NCBI RefSeq assembly: GCF_006345805.1
Contig: NC_043006.1
Location: 40,920,001 to 40,984,000, forward strand
DNA: 64,000 nucleotides
Direction of reading: 5' to 3'
DNA from: Octopus sinensis
Taxonomy: Eukaryota
The notes beneath the pieces are model-generated. The model saw nothing but the letters and a program-made list of their open reading frames with translations, was not told the DNA's origin and did not search any database. This document shows, piece after piece, positions 13,400 through 25,004 of the stretch; position 1 is the stretch's first letter, and each line of letters begins with the position of its first letter. The position numbers and the translations under genes are program-made.

Positions 13400-13830
13400 C
13401 CTTTAATTTTATATATACTTCTCTTGACCCTAGACCTAAGTATTTCTGTGGAACACTTGTATTTAAGTAGGCTGAATATGGAATTGCTGCATTACATTGT
13501 CATAAATTGAGTGTAATATTTCTATTTCTATGATGTTGGTTGTGGTTTGATTTGAGTTGTGATATTAGGCACCTGTAGCTAATCTTAGCATTGTCCTCAT
13601 TGAAGATTTTATATTGTGTGCTGTGGTGAAAGTCCTACTTATTTAACTAAAGTCGTTATCAGCTGTTAGACCCTCTGTTTATGATATATGAAGTTGAACC
13701 TGATGATCATTTCCCCATTGCTTTGTTGAGGCATTATCATTATTTTCTAGTTTTTGTCGGTATCCACTTCTTGCTAATGCATCTTTATAGTAGGGTGTAG
13801 ATTGGCTAAATATTTAGATTCTGTCAAGCT
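13400..13830 (-). mobile_element. Degenerate Penelope-like fragment
   Basis: Minus strand QYKIFNEDNAKISYR resembles the PLE linker motif KIFNxxxxKISYSC that precedes GIY-YIG. Confidence 0.5.
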
Positions 13831-14509
13831 CATGTTGCTTGCTTCTTTTACTCCTCATCTTTCAGACATGCTGGAACACTGCTTTGAAAGGTTTTAGTCA
13901 AATAAATTGACCCCTTTACTTAGGTTTTTATGTTTTTGGGGTCTAATATTTACCTCTTTTGGTCTCTTTTGCCAAGCAGTGGCAGATGGTCACACCTACA
14001 CACACACAACAGGCTCCTGTACATTTTCCAACTACCAATTTGAAATCCTCTCCGGATGTAGAATGATTTCACCAATTCTTAAAAAATTATTCTTGTATAC
14101 ATATATAGAATATGCTTTGCATCATTCAAGTATTCCAGGCCAGTTCTGTTTAAGTACATCTATAGCATTCTTATCAAAATTATTAACAAATGGTGTGAGC
14201 ATCACCTTGAGGCTGTCATTAGAATTCTTTGGGACTTTCCTGTACACACAGACAGAACCAACAAAGCTAATTAACTGGACATTATTGTGGAAGACCAAAA
14301 TGATAAGTTTATTGACTGGATTGATATGAGTTTCTGTTCTGCTTCTAATGTCAGCCTTGATGTCTTAGAATTTTGTTCATAAACATCTTACCCATTTTAA
14401 AATGTGGATTAAAGCATTTTGATGAAGTGGTATTTAATTGCTATATTAAACTAACCTTGAAACTCAGATTGTTATATGTTAAGTCAATATTTATATAGGT
14501 AATGGTTGT

Positions 14510-14533
14510 ATTTTTTTTTCTTAATTTTTGCAG
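14510..14533 (+). promoter_or_regulatory. 3' splice acceptor of the zinc-finger coding exon
   Basis: TTTTTTTTTCTTAATTTTTGCAG|GT, 220 nt upstream of the ATG. Confidence 0.7.
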
Positions 14534-14753
14534 GTTTCTGGTATCAATTTCTTCCAATGCAAGTTACATGGTAATATATGACAGAGGAAGCAACAAAATA
14601 CCAATGAACGGTTTTTCAATGAGAATAGTTTAAAATCTTGCAAGATGTTGTGAGATCTATTCATTGAACCATTTTGTCATGAGGAACAGTAAATATTGTT
14701 GAAAAAATCTTTTTGGAAAATCTTGTAAATAACTTGGTCAAGCACCCTACAAG

Positions 14754-17381
14754 ATGGAAGTCACTGAAAACTCGCAGCAGAAATCTTATGGTATTAGTGC
14801 TTCTGTCACAATATTAAGACCAAAATCACCCACTAAATCAATATGTGACAAAAATTTTATAACATTTATGGAAACGAATCTCAATGAGTCCTTCAGTAAT
14901 GAAGAATCGGGGAACTCGTGGGAAGAGATATTGTGTGCTTTCTCTGCTCCTTTTCTCTTTCGTTCACCAAATGGCTCATTTCTTCCCAATGTTAACATGC
15001 AGATGTACTGGTGTAACTTCTGTCGATTTAAATGCCAAGAAAAACAGAAGATGATTGAACATTCTCAAACCCATCGCTTCAAGTGCAACTACTGTGATAA
15101 GGAGAGTTATCTACGTAAAGACATCATCAAACACTCGATGAAGGTTCATAATGAGTACAACCAAATTAGACAAGCCCTTAAGTCATGTGCCCTTTTGGAT
15201 GACTACCTAGCACAAAAAGAGATGACCTTGAAGGAACAAAGTGATGACTTTGACAAAATAACTACAAATGAGCATAATTATTTTGCAACTTACAATATCA
15301 GCAAAGTAACATCGACAGAGCCTTGTCAGTCATCGGTAGATGGTGACAATTCAACTAAAGAATGTGAAGATATTGATAATATAACTCCGAGTATTTTGGA
15401 AATGCCCAGTAATTCTCTGATTTCAGAAACAACTGAGCAAAAATCACTTTCTTATGATCCTACAAAGGAACAAAATCTTACTTTAGAATTAAATTCTGGT
15501 GCTAGTCAGTCAGTGTCTGTAGTTGTGGATAGCTATATAAATTCCACTATGAATCTTGTGAAAGCTGATGATGCAAACAACACTGCTTCTAAATCACAAC
15601 CCAGCTCGGCCAGTGACTTAAAAGCATCTGATACATATTCAGGGCCCCTAATTGTGTCAGTTCAGAGTTTGCATCCTGATAGTGCAGATAAATCCAACAG
15701 TAGTATATCTCATACGGAGGTTAGTACAACAGACTTAAACACCCCAACAAAGCGAAAAAGAGAAGGTCCATCGGACAGTGATAGTTATCCAGAGGATGAG
15801 GATATTGATCCTGATTATGATCCTGAAGAATATAAACCAAATCGCAGAATAAGTAAAAGAAGGTTATCAGAAAGATTGAAAACCTCAGGTAAATCCAAAT
15901 ATTCAGGTACTCCTGTCACTAACCTTCCTCCTGGTACAAAGTTTTGGCGTTGTAGATACTGTAAGTGTAGATCAAGTAAAATTGAAAAGATTGTTATGCA
16001 TTTGAAAGCTAAACATAGCAACAAACCCTTACGTTTTATATCCCATATTGTTGGGAAAAATGGTCAAATAACTGAACTTCCAGAAAAGTCTCTGAATGAA
16101 TCTACAACACCTACAACACCTAAAACCGAACCCACACCAGTAGAGAATAAGGTAAAACCAAGCATCTCTGAGACTAAAACTATAGACCTTGATGACAAGA
16201 AGGAGGACAAACAATATTTATGCTTTTTCTGTGACACACTGTTTAGCAATATGAATGAGGTCCGACAACACATGTTTAAAGTACACCCCAGCCGAAAGTT
16301 TTACTGCATAGATACTGCTCTAAAGGAGCAAAACAAAGAATACCATACTTTCTTCTGTTGTCGCCACAAATGCAACTTTGTAAATGTCGATCCTGAAGAG
16401 TATGTGAGTCATGTAGAGAAATGCACTCCCATTCCTTCAGTTGAAGTAGATCCGGGGACAAAACCCACCGGTTTGCAACAAACGGTTTTATTTGCCAAGA
16501 AACTGATTAGTCAAAAAGATTCTAAATCTAATCATTCAAAAAAAAAACACAGTCATTCCAAAGACAAAGACACTGGTTCAAAAAAGACAGATAACAGTAA
16601 GTTGACGACTAAAGACACACTCTATAGTTGTCATAGTTGTGATTTCTCGGCATTAGGTAATACATCGATAAAATCACATATATTATCTAAACACCCAGAT
16701 CTCGCATTGAGTGCTTTGGTGAAGAAAGAGAACAACTCATTAGAATTTTACTTCTTTTGTTCTAAATTAGATTGTGATTTTGTAGCTCAGCAAAAAAGTG
16801 AGCTGATAAAACACAGTAAGGAAAAGCATGGTGAAGAAATGCTAGCTGTTGATAGTAAAGATATTGATGTAAAACCAAAGATAACGGCCATCAAAACTGA
16901 AGATTCCATTAAAAAGAGCAATGTAACATATATGCCAGCTTACGAGTGCCTATACTGCGAGTCTTCCTGTATCTCTACTTCATTAACTAACATGAAACGT
17001 CATGTGCAGGAGGCTCACCCTTCAGAAACAATTGTAGTGCGTGATTGTATCGCATATAAATGCAAACGTCCTTCCCGCATATATGTCTGTGACAACACTG
17101 GATGCATTTTCAATGATCTGGACTATAAGCAATATCTGATCCACGTTTCAGCACACAAGGACGGTGTGTTGTATGAGTGTTTGTCATGTCCAACTTGGGC
17201 CAGCCAAGACAAAGATGCTTTTGTAAAGCATGTTAAGAAAGAATCGAATAAAAAACACAGCCTAGCTGAACTGCAGACTTCTATGAAGCCTGATGGCTCT
17301 ATCGTATTGAAAAAAGCAGATGGTACTACTATTGAACAGTCTGTGAGAATTACAGAAGCTTCTAAACCATCTGCAAATTAA
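14754..17381 (+). CDS. Multi-C2H2 zinc-finger protein (about 10 dispersed fingers, no TGEKP linkers), single coding exon
   Basis: Uninterrupted 875-aa ORF. Fingers include YWCNFC..HSQTH, FKCNYC..HSMKVH, WRCRYC..HLKAKH, YLCFFC..HMFKVH, YSCHSC..HILSKH, FFCSKLDC..HSKEKH, YECLYC..HVQEAH and YVCDNTGC..HVSAH. Also an acidic DPDYDPEEY patch and basic NLS-like KRKR / RRISKRR. Confidence 0.93.
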   Translation: MEVTENSQQKSYGISASVTILRPKSPTKSICDKNFITFMETNLNESFSNEESGNSWEEILCAFSAPFLFRSPNGSFLPNVNMQMYWCNFCRFKCQEKQKMIEHSQTHRFKCNYCDKESYLRKDIIKHSMKVHNEYNQIRQALKSCALLDDYLAQKEMTLKEQSDDFDKITTNEHNYFATYNISKVTSTEPCQSSVDGDNSTKECEDIDNITPSILEMPSNSLISETTEQKSLSYDPTKEQNLTLELNSGASQSVSVVVDSYINSTMNLVKADDANNTASKSQPSSASDLKASDTYSGPLIVSVQSLHPDSADKSNSSISHTEVSTTDLNTPTKRKREGPSDSDSYPEDEDIDPDYDPEEYKPNRRISKRRLSERLKTSGKSKYSGTPVTNLPPGTKFWRCRYCKCRSSKIEKIVMHLKAKHSNKPLRFISHIVGKNGQITELPEKSLNESTTPTTPKTEPTPVENKVKPSISETKTIDLDDKKEDKQYLCFFCDTLFSNMNEVRQHMFKVHPSRKFYCIDTALKEQNKEYHTFFCCRHKCNFVNVDPEEYVSHVEKCTPIPSVEVDPGTKPTGLQQTVLFAKKLISQKDSKSNHSKKKHSHSKDKDTGSKKTDNSKLTTKDTLYSCHSCDFSALGNTSIKSHILSKHPDLALSALVKKENNSLEFYFFCSKLDCDFVAQQKSELIKHSKEKHGEEMLAVDSKDIDVKPKITAIKTEDSIKKSNVTYMPAYECLYCESSCISTSLTNMKRHVQEAHPSETIVVRDCIAYKCKRPSRIYVCDNTGCIFNDLDYKQYLIHVSAHKDGVLYECLSCPTWASQDKDAFVKHVKKESNKKHSLAELQTSMKPDGSIVLKKADGTTIEQSVRITEASKPSAN

Positions 17382-17508
17382 AAAACAAAAGCATAGAAAC
17401 AAACATTTTTTCTAAATCACATTAACTCTTTGAAATAGTAAATCTTTAACTTCATTCTTCATAATATTTAGTATGTGGTTCTACATACTGTTTCTCTTAT
17501 ATTTGTAC

Positions 17509-17514
17509 AATAAA
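17509..17514 (+). promoter_or_regulatory. Candidate polyadenylation signal
   Basis: AATAAA 128 nt after the stop codon, followed by GT/T-rich sequence. Confidence 0.45.
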
Positions 17515-17649
17515 CTTACTTGGTATTCATTCAGTTGCCAAACAATACATTTGGTTTTACCGTGTTGTCTTTTTCATTTGTGTGTGTCTATGTCTAGCTT
17601 GGCTCTTTGTAATGTAGACCTGTTTTTGTTAATTGTTTGTATATTCTTT

Positions 17650-17970
17650 TACTTGTTTCAGTCATCTGGCTGCGGCCATGCTGGAGCACTGACTTTAGTC
17701 GAGCAAATCAACACCAGGACTTATTCTTTGTAAGCCTAGTACTTTATCGGCTGTCAAGCGATGTGGAAGGAACAAACACACACACGCACACATATATATA
17801 TATTAACGATGGGCTTCGTTCAGTTTCCGTCTACCAAATCCTCTAACAAGGCTTTGGTCAACCCGAGAGTATAGTAGAAGACGCTTGCCCAAGGTGTCAC
17901 GCATTGGGACTGAACCCGGAACTGTGTGGTTGGTAAGCAAGCTACTTACCACACAGCCACTCCTGCGCCT
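17650..17970 (-). mobile_element. SINE family A
   Basis: Minus strand starts GGCGCAGGAGTGGCTGTGTGG (A box) ... GGTTCAGTCCC (B box) ... TGACACCTTGGGCAAG (CORE-like) and ends CCAGCATGGCCGCAGCCAGATGACTGAAAC. Confidence 0.85.
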
Positions 17971-18446
17971 ATATTTATATATACAGGACTTGCCCTCAAT
18001 CCCTATTGAATTGTTCTGTCAATTGCTTATATTCATTTATTCATACATACGCATAAATATACATGATTTGACCTCAATGCGAGACAATGTCCAATCTTGT
18101 GATTGTCCAAAGCCGGACTTGGTAGTCATACAACATCTCATGATACCCTAACAATAACAGGCACTTCCTCAATAACCTTCTGGTATTTCCTTTCACTTTC
18201 ATGACAAAAGCATGAAGGTTTGCAGCGGGTCTGAACAAGACATGCAAATGTGAAGTGGGCCTGAAGAGCCACTTACATAAAAGAGATGGCTGCCTTCTGT
18301 AAAGAAGTGGCAACCAGTAACTATATTTATAGGTGAGGGACTATATATATATATATATATATATACAATTGCAGCGTGGAAGGTGTTTGTAAGCCATTTA
18401 AGAAACACACAAAAGCCGTTCGATTCACTTCAACATTTAAGTTTAA

Positions 18447-18496
18447 TTTGTCAAAATATTTTCGTCGCTAAAATCCGCGACCTTTTCACTGACAAA
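18447..18496 (-). ncRNA. Hammerhead-like motif with variant core (GUGAAAA)
   Basis: Minus strand TTTGTCA-GTGAAAA-G-GTCGC-GGATTTTA-GCGAC-GAAAATATTT-TGACAAA: perfect 7-bp stem I, 5-bp stem II, palindromic minimal stem III. Confidence 0.6.
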
Positions 18497-18539
18497 AATC
18501 CGTGCTGCATCTGAGAAAGTAACAGTTAGTTCGTCACAG

Positions 18540-19200
18540 GTACGTATGTATGTGTGTATGTATACACGCATGTATGTATGTACGTACATACGCCTGTGTA
18601 TGTATGTATACATGTATATGTGTGTATATGCACGCACATACACACTATAAACATAAAGCTATTAACCTGTAGTGATGGATAGATGTAGACTGATCACTCA
18701 TCACAATAATATCAAATTTCAACCTCCCCCCCCCCCCCCGCCGAAACTGGGAAGTAATTTACGACCCTCACCCCACCGAAAACAAAACCCTAAAAACCTA
18801 TTATCAGACATTTATCTCTATATCACAGAACTTTTGTTTTACTGTTACTTGTATTTTTTTTCCCTCCTTACATCTAGTTAGTTCAGGTCAAATATATATA
18901 CGTATGTATGTATGTATGTACGTATGTATGTATGTACATACGTACACATGTGCGTATGTATGTATACGCGCACGTATGCATGTGCCCGTGTGTGTGTGCG
19001 TACATGTACGTGTGTATGCCCATACGTAGGTATGTATGTATGTTTGTACTCATGTGCTATGTATGTATGTGAGTGTCTAGGAGAATGGGCAGACGCGTCT
19101 GTGAGAGTGTGTACATGTGTATGTGAACGTATGTCCGTCCAAGTTGTGTACATGACTGTTACTTTGTTGAAGGTTGTATATATACTCACATATATGTTTG
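18540..19200. repeat. Degenerate (TATG)n/(TG)n microsatellite blocks
   Basis: Direct inspection. Confidence 0.85.
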
Positions 19201-19384
19201 TATTTTCAGTGAAAATGTGTGTTTATGTCCCTACAACATCGCTTGACAACCGATGTTGGTGTGTTTATGTCCCAGTAACGTAGCGGTTCGGCAAAAAAGG
19301 CCGATAGGATAATTACTAGGTTTACAAAGAATAAGTCCTGGGGTCAGTTTGATCGTCTAAAGGTGCTCCATCATGGCCGCAATC

Positions 19385-20880
19385 AAATCATCATCATTTA
19401 ACGTCTGCTTTCCATGCTGGCATTGTTTAGACGGTTTGATTGGGACCGGTAAGCTGGAGAGCTGCACCAGATTACCGTCAAGGTTTCTACGGCTGGATGG
19501 CCTTCCTTATGCTAACCACTCCAAAAGTGTAATGGGTGCATTTTACGTGCCACCGGCACAGGTAACATTTGCACAACTCTGCCAACGATCACGATTATGA
19601 TTCCTCTTGGCTTGACGAGTCTTCTCGAGCACAGAATATCGCCAAAGGTCTCGGTTACTTGTCTCCGTGAGGCCCAACGTTCAAAGATCATGCTTTTCCA
19701 CGTCGTCCCACGCCTCTGTGGAGCCCAACATTCGAAGATCCTGCTCCTAGCAACGATTATAATTTTACGGTTGCCATTTACATGACACCAACAACCACAA
19801 CTAATATTTCTCTTAGCTTGATGAGTCTCCTCGAGCACAGCATATCGCCAAAGGTCTCAGTCACTTGTCATCCTTTCCGTGAGGCCCAACATTCGAAGAT
19901 CATGCTACTGGCAACGACCACAATTTCGATTTCACGGTTGCCATTTACAGGACACCAACAACAACAACCACAACTAATATTTCTCTTGGCTTGACGAATC
20001 TCCTCGAGCACAGCATATCACCAAAGGTCTCAGTCACTTGTCATCCTTTCCGTAAGGCCCAACATTCGAAGGTCATGCTTCATCACCTTGTCCCATATCT
20101 TCATGGGTCTACATCTTCCACTGGTTCCCTCCACAGTTAGAGATTGGCGCTTCTTTACACAGCTGCCCTCGTCCATATGCACCACGTGACCATACCAGCG
20201 CATTAGTCTCTCTTGCACACCACATCTGAAGTCTCTTAGTCCTAGTTTTTCTCTCAAGACACGTTCTGTTGCTCATGCACACTGACATTGCCTATCCAGT
20301 AAAGCATATTAACTTCATTTCTTTGAAGCCTTCGCATGTCCTCTGCGTGCTGTCACAGCCCACGTTTCACTGTCGTGGATCACGGCTGTTCCCACACAGG
20401 CATCAATGTAGTTTGCCTTTCATTCTGAGAAACAGGCCCTTTGTTACCAACAGAGGTAGAAGCTCTCTGAACTTTGTCCATCCTATTATTCTAGTAGCGA
20501 CGCTCTCGGAGCATCCACCCCCACTACTGGCTTGGTTACCTAGATAACAGAAGCTATCACCTACTTCTAGATATCCCTGCTAGAATTTGATGGAGTTTAT
20601 TTTCTGTACATTTTTAGTGTTTATTGTATCTGTGCATCTGCTACACACAAAGGTTATTTTTACTGTTAACCATCCTCTGATATTGCTCCACCTCTTATGT
20701 GTCCATAGCTTGACCCGGTAACTCTTATGGAGTTTCTACCTATGCCTTTTCTACATATGGAACAGCGTCATCTACCTGAAGGGATTTATGATTTATCCCC
20801 TTTCCTACTTAGTAAGGCTTAGGATTTTGCTAAATTAACTCTAAGGCCCTTTAATTCTAGATCTTGTTTCCACATCTGAA
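19385..20880 (-). mobile_element. RTE-clade LINE 3' end with an internal triplicated segment
   Basis: ORF 20030-20257 (RWYGHVVHMDEGSCVKK...EGTSGRCRPMKIW) is the RTE ORF C-terminus; (TGA)n tail near 19390; a ~190-bp segment recurs at 19604, 19811 and 19984. Confidence 0.85.
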
Positions 20881-20884
20881 ATTA

Positions 20885-21575
20885 ACGAGGATTGGTGAAA
20901 CACTGAATGAACAGTTCAAAAGTGTCTTCACCCCGCCCCTACGCCACGTGCAAGTTAACAGACCTGTAGAATTCTTTGCTGCTACAGAAGCTGAACGGGA
21001 TGCAGTAACAATTAATTACACCAACATCGAAGAAAAGGATGTAATGCTGACTGGTCAGCAAACTGTAAAATTAACGACGGAATTCGAGTCTTTCCAGCGA
21101 AGCTATACGAAGCAGATCGACACAATGCGACATTTTAGCTACTGGAGTGAAAGCAGGAAAGATAGGCAGTAATATACATCTGGAAAATCCTAGAAAAACT
21201 TGTGCCAAACTTTGGCATTGTTAGCTGCGTAAACTGCAGGACGGGTCACCACTGCATAGTACCAAAACCCCTAACATTGCCATAAGGATACAGAACCAGA
21301 TACTGCAACAGCTTGGGCTGCAAAGGCCCACAGCTCTTCAATATCCTCCCACAAAGCCTGAGATCTGCATGGCGTGAATGTAGGCTTTTTCAAAACAAAA
21401 CTAGATCTCCTGTCAAGAGTTCCGGATGAGCGTACCGCAAGGTAAGAAACACAGATGAGGGCAGCAACGCCAAACTCCCTCATCCACCAAATATCAAACA
21501 TCAGAGAAAGTTCAGTGAAAGTGTAGCAAAGTAAACAGTGGCCGCAGTCCTTGGACTGAAACTAAAAGAAACAGA
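20885..21575 (+). mobile_element. CR1-like LINE fragment with internal deletion
   Basis: LNEQFKSVFT and ESFQRSYTKQI motifs; collinear with the minus-strand copy at 44720-45570. Confidence 0.8.
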
Positions 21576-21820
21576 ATATATATTGGTAGTGGGGACAATT
21601 AGGCCACTTACCCCTTCCCACTCGATAACAACCCAACTAATCCCTATATATTTCTGAAATCCCTTCCCCCTGAACAGATTAAATGTACATTGTTTTGGTA
21701 AACTCATTCTGCGACTGAATTGGTAAAAGAATCATTGCGCATTCATGTTGCCGTAGATTTTAAATTATCTTTATAAATCATTTTGAATGTCCTTGATTGT
21801 AAGATTCATGTATTCATGTA

Positions 21821-21905
21821 TTCAGCTGAGGAAAACGGTTTCTTTATACTAATATAGTGTACTCATTAATCAATTAAAATATTCTTTAGAAACGGCCGTA
21901 ATGGA
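21821..21905 (+). ncRNA. Degenerate hammerhead motif
   Basis: TTCAG-CTGAGGA...GAAA-C-GGCC-G-TA-ATGGA: intact core and palindromic stem III loop; stems I and II decayed. Confidence 0.5.
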
Positions 21906-23029
21906 CTAACACCTAACCATCAATTGTTATTTATTTTTAATTCACCTATCTCAAAACATGGATTTGTATATTTGATAAAATATATATCTCTGAACAGCTC
22001 AAGAGTGGAATATATACTCAAATTGAATGCATACGTTACCCGAATATCATTCTACTAGTACTTCTGTGCCAAGGTTGGTATTCATATAAAAATTGTTGTG
22101 TGTGCCTTTTATTCCGACCTAACTAGATGTCTCAACTTTAAGTACCTTATTCAACTGAATCTTGTTTACACAAAATACACACACACACACACAAATGAAA
22201 AATGGATTGTAAATACACAAATAAAAGAAAATGTATTGCAAATACACAAACAAGTAAAAAATGTATAAGTGCAGAAACGGACGGAAGACAGACGCAGAAG
22301 ATCCCTAATTCTTCATCAGTTATCAACCAGATAGTATTACTCAGTTTTGCACCATTAATGATAAGACTAATGGGCTTCTCATGCTGGAGGGGCCCGCGAA
22401 AGTTGCGGAGAATATAGGACCGAGAGCAAACAATACATGGATAACAAGTGACAGAAATGGAGATACGAAAGTGAATAAACGTAATTTAAGACGATGGACG
22501 AAGAACAAAGATGAAATAAATTAGAGACGAGCAAAATATAGCCCCAGGGCCAAAAAGACACGATTAGAAAAACAACAAATAGCATAGCGTGTCAGTGGGA
22601 CAGAGAATTTAGGACAAGTCAGCTATGCAACCAGTGTAAAAGAAGAGAAAAAGAAAGGCTGGCCATGGGTCACGTATCAGCAGCAGGCAGAGGAGAAAGA
22701 GGGCAAGAGAGAGAGAGCGACAGATAGAAAACAAGGGAAGTGAGAAACCTGGCCACGGGTCATGTGTCAGCAGCAGGCAGAGGAGAAAGAGACAGAGAAA
22801 ACAAGGGATAGTGGGGGAGGAAAAGGAGACAGAAGAAAGGCTAGAAATAGAGTCGCACGGGTATATAAATAACTTACTAAAATAAAAGCCGGGGTTGCGT
22901 TCCGGTACTTAAATGAAAAAAAATATATATATTGTAAGAAACTGAGTAATACCACCTGGCTGATAAATTATTAAGAATTAGGGATCTTTTCTACCTGTCT
23001 TTCGTTCGTTCGTGTACTCAATATACCTT

Positions 23030-23185
23030 ACACGTTTTGCTTGGTTTGCAGTCGTGTATGCTTGTCAAAGGCAGCGCTCATTAGCCATCAACGGAGCCGC
23101 AAATGCAAAATATTAGTCCTAGTGCGCACAATGTTCCTGAAGGTCAGCAATGGCCTTTCTCGGTCACAAGTGGACGGCCATCACA
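23030..23185 (+). mobile_element. 3' remnant of an RTE-like LINE (terminal CCHH knuckle)
   Basis: FCLVCSRVCLSKAALISHQRS followed by a short UTR-like stretch. Confidence 0.55.
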
Positions 23186-23207
23186 CACACACACGATCAG
23201 AAAGTTG

Positions 23208-23625
23208 GGCGATCTTTCGTCTCTAGTAGACCTTTCCGTCGATTTCCGTAAAAAAATTTTTTTTTTTTACATATGGCCTTGCGGGAACTTTTGAAGTAAT
23301 ATACATACATATACACATACACCGAGTAAAAAATTTCAGTTATCTCTTTCTTTCACACATTACTCTGTCTCTTCACTCACACTAACAGAAGCACTTCACT
23401 TACACAACATACTGTCTGTCTCCCACACCCATCAAACACACACACACATGTACATCAATGCTTCCCATGCACGGTAACTTCAAAAGAATTTCCCTCGTCA
23501 TACAATCGCTTTCTCTTAGTCTCTTTTGCTCTCATTACTTCAAAAGTTCCCGCAAGCCCATATGTAAAAAAAAAAAAAAAATTACGGAAATCAACGGAAA
23601 GGTCTACTAGAGACGAAAGATTGCC
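23208..23625. mobile_element. Merlin-like MITE with ~90-bp TIRs and 8-bp TSD
   Basis: TIR GGC(G/A)ATCTTTCGTCTCTAGTAGACCTTTCCG...; TSD GAAAGTTG at 23200-23207 and 23626-23633. Confidence 0.9.
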
Positions 23626-23934
23626 GAAAGTTGTTTTATTCCACATGGGTAGAAATATAGGAAAAACAGTTGAAAATGCAATGGGAATAGTTAAAATACT
23701 TTTTATTAATATATCTGAAGCTTTAACAGGTTTCACAGTTTACACTGATTTTCAAAAGGTTCAAATAGAAAGACGTGGCTTATGTCGCAGCTGCCTTGCT
23801 TCTTAGTGTTTGAAGCTTGCTCTTATTTTTATAGGGAGTTCATGGCTCAAATTAGTATGTGAGTTTGTTTTGAATTGGATTTGATTGGCAGAGGATAGTC
23901 ACATGCACTTATATATATATATATATATATATAT

Positions 23935-24603
23935 AAATTGAGATAGGGGTTGTAAATGCAACCCTCCATGGGATAATATATATCCAATATACTGCTAGTG
24001 AAGTACCCAACAAAGTTAATACATAAATGTTAAGGATTGCGATGCAATCAATTCATTTACTGTATTATATGGGCAAAGGTAAAATGATTTACCACAAATT
24101 ACTAATACAAGATAAGAAAATGGAGAAATACATCTAAATCAAATATCAATTACCAGATAATACTCAATCACATACTTTATTAAACCACCATATAAGAGAC
24201 TGTAGGGTTAAACATAAAAAAAAGCAGAACAAATCTGTGTACATAAAGGAATGTACATAAAAAAGTGTACATAAAAGAGTAATGTTGTATAATAAGTAGA
24301 ATATATATAAAAAAGAGAATATAAATAAAAGTAAATATAAATATAAGTATAGATTACATCTTACAGCTATACTTATATTTATATTTATACTTACTTTTAT
24401 TTATATTCTCTTTTTTATATATATTCTACTTATTATACAACATTACTCTTTTATGTATACTTTTTTATGTACACAGATTTGTTCTGCTTTTTTATGTTTA
24501 GCCCTACAGTCTCTTATATGGTGGTTTAATAAAGTATGTGATTGAGTATTATCTGGTAATTGATATTTGATTTAGATGTATTTCTCCATTTTCTTATCTT
24601 GTA
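23935..24603. mobile_element. (TA)n-anchored fold-back insertion (palindrome arms ~24106-24352 and ~24367-24603)
   Basis: Near-perfect ~240-bp inverted repeat with 14-nt spacer ATTACATCTTACAG; TA runs on both sides. Confidence 0.85.
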
Positions 24604-24607
24604 TATA

Positions 24608-24980
24608 TCTCTCTCTATATAAACGGCAGTTAGTCTGTGTGTCTGTTAGGTTGTACCCTCACCCTGACCACGGCTTTCAACCGATTCTGATGAAACTTGA
24701 CACACACATAGCCCAATGTCATAATTCAAAACTAACGCAGCGAAAATTTTGAAAAGTTCCCCCAGTTCTGAAAAAGATCGATAAATTCGACATGGGGTCG
24801 ACAATCAGAAACACAAACCACAGATGGTCTAGGGGACGCAACTCGACCTTTTTAACTCTCAAAAAAAATTTACCATAATTTTTTCCCCATTTTTTTGCTA
24901 TTTTTTGGCTATAACTCTCTAAAAATGCTTTATAGTTATTTCCCTTACAAACCCGAGCAACGCCGGGCGATACTGCTAGT
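24608..24980 (+). mobile_element. Non-autonomous Helitron
   Basis: 5' TC-TATATAAA start with a GTCTGT simple repeat; 3' GC-rich hairpin CCCGAGCAACGCCGGG followed by terminal CTAGT. Confidence 0.8.
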
Positions 24981-25004
24981 ATATATATATATCGCCAGCT
25001 CAAA

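Noticed and set aside
22400-23030. Possible solo LTR (TATA, AATAAA, ~76-bp direct repeat at 22660-22800)
   Set aside because: Could not define matching TG..CA ends or a TSD.
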